Assembly (NCBI GenBank): GCA_031372065.1
Contig: JANMKN010000058.1
Span: 1-56,628 of the forward strand
Source of the DNA: Abditibacteriaceae bacterium
Lineage (GTDB): Bacteria; Armatimonadota; Abditibacteriia; Abditibacteriales; Abditibacteriaceae
Direction of reading: 5' to 3'
DNA: 56,628 bases
In this document: positions 37,729 through 46,098 of the stretch, piece after piece
Position numbering within the stretch: position 1 is the stretch's first letter
Layout: the number at the start of each line of letters is the position of its first letter
The notes under the pieces: model-generated
Told to the model about the DNA's origin: nothing
The model's database searches: none
The model's input: only the letters and a program-made list of their open reading frames with translations
Translations under genes and position numbers: made by a program

Positions 37729-39069
37729 ATGTCTGAACCGGCTTCGGCGTTTACACCTTTGCCTTTGCGGGCACGCAGCGTTTTAGAGTTGCTTGATACA
37801 TCGCTCAAGGTTTACAAGCAATATTTCTGGGTGTTGCTTGGCTGGTCGGCGCTGCTGAATATTTTCGGCGCCTTAGCCTCCACGGTGTGCAGCGTTTTCG
37901 GTCAGTTGCTCTTTACTCCCATTTTTTTAGGCGTGGTCGCGTGTTGTGTGGCGGCGGCGGTGCGTGGACAAAACGTTTCTTTTAGTCAGTGCTGGCAATT
38001 TGCCCAGGCGCGTTTTGGTGGAATGCTGGGTTGGTTTTTGGCGACCATGTTCATCACATTTGTGGTGTTGGGCGTGCTTTGTGGCGTGTTTATTGGCCTT
38101 TTTGCGTTGCTGGCGGGAGGCATTTTTAGCGGTAATTCCAGTGCGGGAACCGTGGTAGTCGTCGTTTACACCGTGCTGGCATCTGTAGTAATTAGCATTG
38201 TTGGCGCCGCGCTTTTCACTTGGGCACACATAGCACCGCTCGTGGAATGTATGGAGGAAAACAATCGCGAAAAGAAGACGCTGCCGCGCAGTTGGGCTTT
38301 GATGCAAGGCCACTGGATGCGCGCCACCAGTTTGATGACGATTTTATCGTTAGCCGCTGCTGTTTTACTCGTTATTATCTGGACGGCGGGCGCTTTAATC
38401 ATCGGCATAGATACGCTGCGCCAAGCCTTTGAAGGCTCTGTAACGCCGAGCATATTGCTCATCGTCGGCGCGATGATTTCCAGTTACGCTTTGGTCTTTA
38501 CATTGTTTACGCCCGCTTTCCTTATCGCGATTGTGCTGTTTTATCTCGATATTCGCGTGCGCAAAGATGCTCTTGACCTCGAATGGACAACGCACACAAC
38601 AGCGCCGCCTGCCTCTGCCGTAGCGCTATCGGCGGCGAATGCACACACGCCGTATGCTGTTTCTGGTTTTGAAAACCTGACTCCCGTTCAACCCGCTACT
38701 CAGCCGATCATTCAGCAACCCATACAGCCTCCGGCACCCCAAGTGCCGCCGTTGCAATATCAGCCGTCTGTTCCAAGCCAACCTTTGGCAGGCGCTCCTC
38801 TGGCAAGCGAACCGGCGCCCACAGCTAACGCTTTTGAAGGGCTGGATTTTGGCTCAACGCCGTTTGCGCCGCCCCCCGAAGCTGTGTCATGGCAATCGTT
38901 GGTGGAAGAACCACCTGCGGCAACGGAAAAACCTGACGCAGAGGCCGCAAATGCCACGACGGAAATCACTTGTCCGGCCTGTGGCAAGCAATCGCCCGCG
39001 AATTATTTGTTTTGCATGAGTTGTGGTGTGCGCTTGTCCGCTGCCCCGGCCAACACGCCCAAGTGGTAA
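37729..39069 (+). CDS. Multi-pass membrane protein with Pro-rich tail and C-terminal zinc ribbon
   Basis: PLRARSVLELLD, several TMs, RSWALMQG.W.R, LFYLDIRVRKDALDL, CPACG...FCMSCG. Confidence 0.75.
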   Translation: MSEPASAFTPLPLRARSVLELLDTSLKVYKQYFWVLLGWSALLNIFGALASTVCSVFGQLLFTPIFLGVVACCVAAAVRGQNVSFSQCWQFAQARFGGMLGWFLATMFITFVVLGVLCGVFIGLFALLAGGIFSGNSSAGTVVVVVYTVLASVVISIVGAALFTWAHIAPLVECMEENNREKKTLPRSWALMQGHWMRATSLMTILSLAAAVLLVIIWTAGALIIGIDTLRQAFEGSVTPSILLIVGAMISSYALVFTLFTPAFLIAIVLFYLDIRVRKDALDLEWTTHTTAPPASAVALSAANAHTPYAVSGFENLTPVQPATQPIIQQPIQPPAPQVPPLQYQPSVPSQPLAGAPLASEPAPTANAFEGLDFGSTPFAPPPEAVSWQSLVEEPPAATEKPDAEAANATTEITCPACGKQSPANYLFCMSCGVRLSAAPANTPKW

Positions 39070-39079
39070 AATCCCTCGC

Positions 39080-40195
39080 ATGAAACGGCTGGGTTTCCTT
39101 CTTTACGCGCTGACTGTTTTATGGTCGGTTTTTCCCGCGTGCGCGCAATTTAAGCCGCCGTTAAGTCGGCCCACATCCACGCCCACTCCTGCCACCATCA
39201 CCGCGCAGGAATATCGCGACCAACTCGATAAGCAAATCGGCGAACTGAAAAAAATGGAGCATTCTCCAGCGCGTCCGCTGGCGCCGTGGCTGCAAAATCG
39301 CGCCAAAGATTACATTATCAAGCGCGAAGACGGCACGACGCAAAAAGCCACCAGTGGCGAATGGGATCGGCGCGCCATAGAAAGCAAAGGCAATGCGCCG
39401 AAAGCAGACGTGCGTGCCATGCGCGAAAGTCTCGAACAACGCCGCGCCGCCTTGGATGACTGGACGCGCCGCGATGCCGATGGTCGTTATTTCGCGGGCG
39501 CCGATGTGCAAACGCGCATCAGACAACTGGAACGCACTGGCGTGATTCGCACCGGCCCTACGGCGACGCAAGTTTGGTGGGATGGCGTCAAAAAATGGTT
39601 CTTTAAAACCATCGAAAACTTTTTTGGCTGGCTTTCTCGCTCTTTGCCTTCGGCGCCAACGGGTTCGGTGCCGTCTATTGACCCGCTCTGGATTAAAGGC
39701 TTCTTTTATTTAATTCTCGCTGCGTTAGTGGGTGCCATTGGCTATTTTTTGGTTCGCCCTTTAGCTTTGTATTTGTCGCTGCATTGGGATGGATGGCATT
39801 TCTTTGGACGCCGTTCCACTGCCCGACGCCAAGTGGAATTTACCGGCGAAGATGCCGAACTTTTGCAAATGCCGCCCGATGAATTGCTCGAACGCGCGCG
39901 CGCTTTTGCCGCGCAGGGCAATTTTCGCGAAGCCCTGCGCCACGTTTACATTCGCCTTTTGCTGCAACTCGACGCGCGCGGTGTTTGGCGCTACGACACG
40001 CGCCGCACCAACTGGGAACACGTCGCGGCGTTGCGTCAAAACCCCGCGCACCAACCGTTAGCGCGCCCTTTAAGCGATTTAACACGCCGCTTTGACCGTG
40101 TGCGCTACGGCAACGCGCCATGCTCCGATGCCGAATGGCAGCGCTTCGAGCGCGATGCGATGGCTGTTGAAAGCTCGCTGACATCCAAAAACTGA
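39080..40195 (+). CDS. DUF4129-domain protein
   Basis: Signal peptide, TM, AAQGNFREALRHVY..LL..LD, RTNWEH, LTRRFDRVRYG. Confidence 0.85.
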   Translation: MKRLGFLLYALTVLWSVFPACAQFKPPLSRPTSTPTPATITAQEYRDQLDKQIGELKKMEHSPARPLAPWLQNRAKDYIIKREDGTTQKATSGEWDRRAIESKGNAPKADVRAMRESLEQRRAALDDWTRRDADGRYFAGADVQTRIRQLERTGVIRTGPTATQVWWDGVKKWFFKTIENFFGWLSRSLPSAPTGSVPSIDPLWIKGFFYLILAALVGAIGYFLVRPLALYLSLHWDGWHFFGRRSTARRQVEFTGEDAELLQMPPDELLERARAFAAQGNFREALRHVYIRLLLQLDARGVWRYDTRRTNWEHVAALRQNPAHQPLARPLSDLTRRFDRVRYGNAPCSDAEWQRFERDAMAVESSLTSKN

Positions 40196-40228
40196 AAAAT
40201 AGCTATGCTAAAGCAGCCGGGATGACAA

Positions 40229-40476
40229 CCGGAAAACTCCGATGCTTCTCCTGAAGTTTCGGGGGAAGCCCTCGACAACTCCGATGCTGCCCCCGAAGTT
40301 TCAGAATAGGCACCGGAAAACTCATGTGCTTCCCCTGAAGTTTCAGAATAGGCACCGGAAAACTCCGATGCCTCCTCCGAAACTTCAGGGGAGGCACTCG
40401 AAAACTTTAGTGCCTCCTCCGAAACTTCAGGGGCGGCACATGAAAACTCATGTGCCGCCCCTGAAACTTGCAGGCC
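40229..40476. repeat. Intergenic 21-bp array (about 12 units) with a 42-bp A/B higher-order period and internal inversion
   Basis: A units like CCGGAAAACTCCGATGCYTC alternate with B units CCTGAAGTTTCAGAATAGGCA. In the right half B flips to TCCGAAACTTCAGGGG. Confidence 0.85.
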
Positions 40477-40509
40477 ATCAAATTTCAAATCCTCGTTCAC
40501 AAAGACATT

Positions 40510-43500
40510 ATGAAAAAGAAATTCAGCGTTCTGTGGTTATTGTGCATGATTCTTGGCGTGGCGCACGCGCAAGATGATTTTGTGTGGCTCGAAAGCCAAG
40601 ATACGGCCTCAATTAGCGTCAAAAACGACAAAATTAAGACCGAAACTTCCGGTTGGGGCCACAAAGAGCTCCTTTCCGGCGAGAGCTGGTTTCAAGTGAA
40701 AGCCGAAAACGATGTCGAGAAAGCGGTGCCCGATGACGGTATTGTGCTGAGTTACAAACTTAACCTCGCCAAAGATGCCAACTACGAAATCTGGAATCGC
40801 ATCGGCTATGAATTCGTGCGTTCGCCCTTCGATTGGCGCTTGGATAATGGCGAGTGGAAGCGCATCGAACCGACGCAACTCACGACGGATTTAATGGCCT
40901 TAGCCGTGTGGACGGAAGTCGCGTGGCTCAAACTGGGCGCGCAAGATTTGAAAGCGGGCGTGCACACTTTGGAAATTCGCCTGCCGAAAACGAAGAATAA
41001 CAAAAACGAAACGCAGCGCATTCTCTACGCCAGCGACGCGCTTTTACTGAGCGCTACGCCGTTTTCGCCCAACGGCAAATATAAGCCGACCGAAAATTAT
41101 CGTGACGCCAAAGATGAAGCGGCCACGAAAAATGTGTTTGCTTTGCCCGAAGCCAAAACGCCGGGCCAGCGCGCCGAAATTGAACTCAAGGGCGACTGGG
41201 AAATCACGCGTGCCGACGAAGAATTGCCGCTCAAGCCCGACGAGGCGATGACTGATTTTCCATCGCAACCGCATTGGCAATCTATCGCTGTTCCCTCCGA
41301 TAAAAACACCGCGCGCCCCGATTTGTTGTTCGCCCATCGCCTGTGGTATCGCACCAAAATCAATGTGCCGCAAAACCAAAACGGGCGCGCCTATTTTCTG
41401 ACGTTTCCACACAACAGTTTGATGACAACCGTGGTCGTCAACGGCCAGATGTGCGGTTTCAATCGCACGCCGTTCGCGCGCTTTCAGGTGGACGTTTCCA
41501 AAGCGATAAAAGCGGGCGAAAACGAAATTCGCGTCGGGATTAAGGACGCGTGGTATGGCTTTACGCGCAACCCGAACGACCCGATGAAATTGCGCCGGAT
41601 GTTCAATTACCCGGCGGGCGAAGGCTGGTTCGGGCGCGGTTTTATGGACTTTGCCTATCCGGTTTGGAGCAATCCACAATCGGGCCTGCTCGAAGCGCCG
41701 GTTTTTACGGCTGCAGGCGCGGTTTACGCGAGTGATTTATTTCCCAAACCTTCGGTAGCCACCAAAGAAATGCGCGCCGAAATCACGCTGAGTAACAGCA
41801 CAAATCAAGAGCAACGCGGCGAAGTTCGCTGGCAGGCTGTGAGCGACAAAACCGGACAAATCGAAAAAACTTTCGCTACCAAACCCTTCACTGTCGGCGC
41901 GCAAAGCGAACAAGTTGTAAACATCGCCGATGCATGGCCGAATGCGCAATTATGGTGGCCGGACGAGCCGAATTTGTATCGCTTGCGCGCTACGGTTGCC
42001 GTCAACAATCAGTCCATAGATGTGAGCGAAACGACCTTTGGCTTCCGCGAATGGAGCCAGCGCGGAACAGACTTTTTATTAAACGGCGTGCGCTGGACGA
42101 TGTGGGCTGATTTAACGCCGCTCGACTCCAAAACGCCGGACGAATTTTTGAAAAAGTATCATGGCACCAATCAGCGCACCTTCCGCTTGATGATGCCCGG
42201 TCAGGGCGCCGGACAATGGCATTTTCTGGGAATGAATTTGGCCGACACTCTGTCGTTTTTCGACCGCAACGGCGTTGTCGTGCGCCGCAACGGGCCAATT
42301 GACGGCGAAGCCATCGGCTACGCTTTTAGCGAAGGCGACGGCGACCTGAAAAAGCTCTACAACACCGAAATGAAGGTAGATTTGATGAAAAACTGGCGTG
42401 AGCAGATGGTTCAGCAAGTCAAGGGCGAGCGCAATCATCCTTCGATTCACATTTGGACAATTGAAAACGAGTTCGCTTATATCAACCTCATCAACCTGCT
42501 GGGCAACAGCCCTTTGATGGACGAATACGAAAACGAAATTCAGAAAATTTCCGACGCGGTGCAAGCCGCCGATCCGACGCGTCCCGTGATGATTGATGGT
42601 GGCGGCGCCTTGAAAAAGAACACGCTGCCGGTGCATGGAAATCACTACGTTTACGCCGATAACGACCCGCGTTATCCGGCTTTGGCCTACGAACCCAACC
42701 CCGAAGGCGGCAGCCGGGGCCGCTGGATTTGGGACATGAAACGTCCGCGTTTTATTGGCGAAGATTTTTTCGCCAGCGGCATCAACCCCGCCGATTATGC
42801 CATGTGGGGCGGCGAAGGCGCCTTCACCGGCAAGGCACAAACTAAACCGGCTGTCAGCCTGATTTTTCGGATGCTGACCGAAGGCTATCGCTGGGCCGGA
42901 CAAAGCGCGTGGCAGTTTTGGATGGGGCAGGGTGATACCGAAAATAAAACTGTCGGCAACCCGTATATCGCGCAAGCGCTGCGCGCCGTTTTCGTGCGCG
43001 AGTGGGATTGGACGTTTGCCAACGGCCAAAACGTCAAGCGCACTTTTGGCATTTTCAACGACACTCAAAACGCCGAGCCACTGACATTCACGCGCACACT
43101 TTTAGTCGGCAACAAAGTGGCATGGACGAAAAAAACCGAACACAAAATCGCGCCCGGCACAAGCGAAAAGTTCACCGAAACGATTCCAATGCCGAATGTG
43201 ACACAGCGCAGCGAAGCGCAGTTGGTTTTGAAACTCGAAGCAGGCGACAAAGAAATTTTCCGCGATAGTAAGTCTGTTTCTATTTTAAAGAGTGCGGGGA
43301 TGCGGCCTGCCGCAGCTAATGAGCGGACACAGAAAGTTATATTGCCTCCTGCCCAGCAGAACACGCGACGAATTACAGCAGCTGATGTCAGGGCGCGGAT
43401 TGAGCCTCGGCTAAGCGCAGATGTCCTTTTTGACCCGTCGGGAAAAATCGCGCCGTTTCTTGCAGCGCGTGGCTTGGAATTCGTTGCGCTCAATTCGTTA

Positions 43501-45663
43501 GAAAACTTGCCGCAATACGCCAAAGTTTTGATTATCGGGCCGGATGCGCTGGGCGTCGAAGAAAGCACGTCGTCGCGCCTTGCAGCGTTTGCATCAAACG
43601 GGCGCAGCGTGCTGGTTTTGGAGCAGAAAAACCCGTTGAAATATCAAGGTTTGCCCGCTGAAATTGAAACGTCGCCTACGAAAAATGAAGGCAGCGTTGG
43701 CTTTATCGAAGACGAAAATCATCTGGCCTTTGCGGGCCTGAAAAATAAAGATTTCTTCACGTGGGGGCCGGATGGCAAGCTATATCGTAGCGTTTATAAC
43801 AAGCCGACGCGCGGCGCGAAATCGCTGCTTCAAGCCGGGCCGCGCCTCGGCCAATCAGCTTTAGTCGAAGTGCCGGTAGGCAGCGGTTTATTGCTGCTGT
43901 CGCAACTCCAAATCGGCGAAAAACTCGGCGCCAATATCGTCGCGCGGCAATTGCTGCACAACCTTTTGGCTTACGCTTCGAGTTATAAGCAAGAGTTCCG
44001 GCCTGTTGCCGTTGCCAGCGATAACGCGCAATTATTCAAAGCAATTGATGCCCTTGGTTTGCAGTATCAAAAAGCCGATGCGATTGCCGCTTTGGACGAT
44101 AAAAACATCAAATTGCTGCTGGTTTCGGCCACTCCGCAAGCCTTGAAAAATCTGGTGACCAATCAAGCGAAAGTCAATGCGTTCACGGCGCGCGGCGGCT
44201 ACGTTGTGTTTCAAGGTCTAACGCCCGAAGGCCTCGCCGATTACAACAAACTCGTCGGTTTTGACCACATGATCCGCCCATTTAAGCGCGAACGCGTGAC
44301 CTTTCCGGCTGTGCGCAACCCGCTGACGGCGGGCCTGACTTTGGGCGATATTGTCATGCTGTCCGGCGAGCGCATTTTCGGCTGGACGGCGGATGAATAT
44401 GTGGCCGATGACGCCTTTACTTACGTTGTGGATTATGAAGATGTGGCGCCGTTTGCCAAGTCGAACAGCTTTTTGTTCCCTAACGCCACCAACAATTTTT
44501 ATCAGGCCGATGCGTGGAAACTTATCAATAATTTTCCGGCTCCCAAAACCGGCGCGGTGGATATTGATATGGAATTTCCCAAGCCCGTTGCCATCAAAGA
44601 ACTAACGTGGGTTGGCAACACACTTTACAACGGGCAAACCAAAGTCGGCTTACTTTTCGATGGCAAAGACCCCGTCGCTTTTAAAACCGCGCCCAACGCC
44701 GATCCGCAAATTTTCGCTGTCGAGCCAGCACGTAGCGGCAAAAACATCACGCTGCAAATTCTCGAATGGGAAGACAATCTCGGAAAAAACCAGACCATCG
44801 GCATTGACAACTTTTTCTTGAAAGCCGCGCGGCCCGCCGACTTTTACAGCAAGGTCAAGCCGCTTTTAAATATCGGCGGCTTGATGCAATATCCGCGCGG
44901 CAACGGCGGTTTGGTATTGTGCAATTTGAACTTCAAAGACGCCGAAGCGGTGCCGCTCAATGCCACCAAAAAGCGCGCGGTTTTGGCGGCGCTTTTGCGC
45001 AATTTGAACGCGCCGTTTGCCGGTAAAACCATCATTGCTGGGGCCAATTTGCAATATGCGCCCATTGATATTGGCAAGCAATCCACGCAGTTTCGCAACG
45101 AGCGCGGCTGGTTTGGCGATAAGAATTTCACCTTCGCCGGTCTGCCAACCGGCACGCAAACTTTCGCGGGCGTGCAGTTCAACGTCTATGATTTTCCAAC
45201 ATCTCCCGTGCCCAATGCGATTATGCTGGGCGGCAATGGCGTGCCCAATAACCTGCCGGACAGCGTGAAAAACATCCCTGTCAATCGCAAAGCCGACGCC
45301 CTGTTTTTCCTGCAATCGGCGCGCATTGATAACCGCATGAACAACGACGACATCCAGAAAAACCGCAAATTCGAGATGGCGCGCTATGTCATTCATTACG
45401 CCGATGGCAGCAGCGAAACCGTGCCGATTTACAGCGAAATTGACGTGGAAAACTATCGCCAGAAGGTGCCAACCGCCATTCCCGGCGCGCAGATTGGCTG
45501 GACAAAACCCTACGACAACGGCGAATTCGCCGTCGCTTACGTCAAACAGTGGACAAATCCCAAACCCGGCGTGGAAATCAGCAGTTTTGACCTCGAATAC
45601 GGCCCCGATAAACGCGGCGTGCCGGTTTTGCTTGCGGTTACGGCAGCGAGTGCCAGCAAGTAG
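40510..45663 (+). CDS. Very large secreted GH2 (beta-galactosidase/glucuronidase-like) multidomain glycoside hydrolase
   Basis: Signal AHA-Q, LWYRT, LWWPDEPNLY, FGFREW, RNHPSIHIWTIENE (acid/base Glu), DPTRPV, IGED. Confidence 0.82.
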   Translation: MKKKFSVLWLLCMILGVAHAQDDFVWLESQDTASISVKNDKIKTETSGWGHKELLSGESWFQVKAENDVEKAVPDDGIVLSYKLNLAKDANYEIWNRIGYEFVRSPFDWRLDNGEWKRIEPTQLTTDLMALAVWTEVAWLKLGAQDLKAGVHTLEIRLPKTKNNKNETQRILYASDALLLSATPFSPNGKYKPTENYRDAKDEAATKNVFALPEAKTPGQRAEIELKGDWEITRADEELPLKPDEAMTDFPSQPHWQSIAVPSDKNTARPDLLFAHRLWYRTKINVPQNQNGRAYFLTFPHNSLMTTVVVNGQMCGFNRTPFARFQVDVSKAIKAGENEIRVGIKDAWYGFTRNPNDPMKLRRMFNYPAGEGWFGRGFMDFAYPVWSNPQSGLLEAPVFTAAGAVYASDLFPKPSVATKEMRAEITLSNSTNQEQRGEVRWQAVSDKTGQIEKTFATKPFTVGAQSEQVVNIADAWPNAQLWWPDEPNLYRLRATVAVNNQSIDVSETTFGFREWSQRGTDFLLNGVRWTMWADLTPLDSKTPDEFLKKYHGTNQRTFRLMMPGQGAGQWHFLGMNLADTLSFFDRNGVVVRRNGPIDGEAIGYAFSEGDGDLKKLYNTEMKVDLMKNWREQMVQQVKGERNHPSIHIWTIENEFAYINLINLLGNSPLMDEYENEIQKISDAVQAADPTRPVMIDGGGALKKNTLPVHGNHYVYADNDPRYPALAYEPNPEGGSRGRWIWDMKRPRFIGEDFFASGINPADYAMWGGEGAFTGKAQTKPAVSLIFRMLTEGYRWAGQSAWQFWMGQGDTENKTVGNPYIAQALRAVFVREWDWTFANGQNVKRTFGIFNDTQNAEPLTFTRTLLVGNKVAWTKKTEHKIAPGTSEKFTETIPMPNVTQRSEAQLVLKLEAGDKEIFRDSKSVSILKSAGMRPAAANERTQKVILPPAQQNTRRITAADVRARIEPRLSADVLFDPSGKIAPFLAARGLEFVALNSLENLPQYAKVLIIGPDALGVEESTSSRLAAFASNGRSVLVLEQKNPLKYQGLPAEIETSPTKNEGSVGFIEDENHLAFAGLKNKDFFTWGPDGKLYRSVYNKPTRGAKSLLQAGPRLGQSALVEVPVGSGLLLLSQLQIGEKLGANIVARQLLHNLLAYASSYKQEFRPVAVASDNAQLFKAIDALGLQYQKADAIAALDDKNIKLLLVSATPQALKNLVTNQAKVNAFTARGGYVVFQGLTPEGLADYNKLVGFDHMIRPFKRERVTFPAVRNPLTAGLTLGDIVMLSGERIFGWTADEYVADDAFTYVVDYEDVAPFAKSNSFLFPNATNNFYQADAWKLINNFPAPKTGAVDIDMEFPKPVAIKELTWVGNTLYNGQTKVGLLFDGKDPVAFKTAPNADPQIFAVEPARSGKNITLQILEWEDNLGKNQTIGIDNFFLKAARPADFYSKVKPLLNIGGLMQYPRGNGGLVLCNLNFKDAEAVPLNATKKRAVLAALLRNLNAPFAGKTIIAGANLQYAPIDIGKQSTQFRNERGWFGDKNFTFAGLPTGTQTFAGVQFNVYDFPTSPVPNAIMLGGNGVPNNLPDSVKNIPVNRKADALFFLQSARIDNRMNNDDIQKNRKFEMARYVIHYADGSSETVPIYSEIDVENYRQKVPTAIPGAQIGWTKPYDNGEFAVAYVKQWTNPKPGVEISSFDLEYGPDKRGVPVLLAVTAASASK

Positions 45664-45665
45664 AG

Positions 45666-45911
45666 GAACGCTATAGCGCCGCTGTCGGCTCTCCGGCCAG
45701 CGCCCGCTCCATCCGCAAGGCCAAAACCACCACTTTGCCCGATCAATTCGCCGCCGTTGAAGCCCTTTTCGCCGAGTTGGACGATTACATCGTGCAATTC
45801 AAGAAAAGCGCCGAAGGCCGCCGCTTCATCACCGAATGGTTCAACGCCCGCCGCATCAACGACCTCGGCCACCGCGCCGCCAAACCAAACACAGTAGCAC
45901 CGACGAGCTAA
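45666..45911 (+). pseudogene. 5'-truncated remnant of a helical hypothetical gene
   Basis: 81 open codons (ERYSAAVGSP...LDDYIVQF...WFNARRINDLG...PTS*) with host-like C-ending codons, no ATG or RBS, directly after the GH2 stop and followed by a terminator. Confidence 0.55.
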
Positions 45912-45929
45912 AACGCCACCAAAAAAGCC

Positions 45930-45967
45930 AAAGCCGATACAGGAAAATTCTCTGTATCGGTTTTTTA
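45930..45967 (+). terminator. Intrinsic terminator
   Basis: AAGCCGATACAG-GAAAATTCT-CTGTATCGGTTTTTT. Confidence 0.75.
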
Positions 45968-46098
45968 GTTACTTGATTAAACCCCTGAAAAATGAGAACA
46001 TTGACATAGCGCGATTTTCAGGAAACATCACTATAAATTTGTGTTCTGCGCACAATTTATGACCTGCATTATTCAAATCCTTGCGCGTTCTGCTGACC

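Noticed and set aside
40105..40577. Ser/Glu-rich or Lys/Pro-rich heptad ORFs
   Set aside because: They are by-products of the 21/42-bp array and overlap real genes at both ends.
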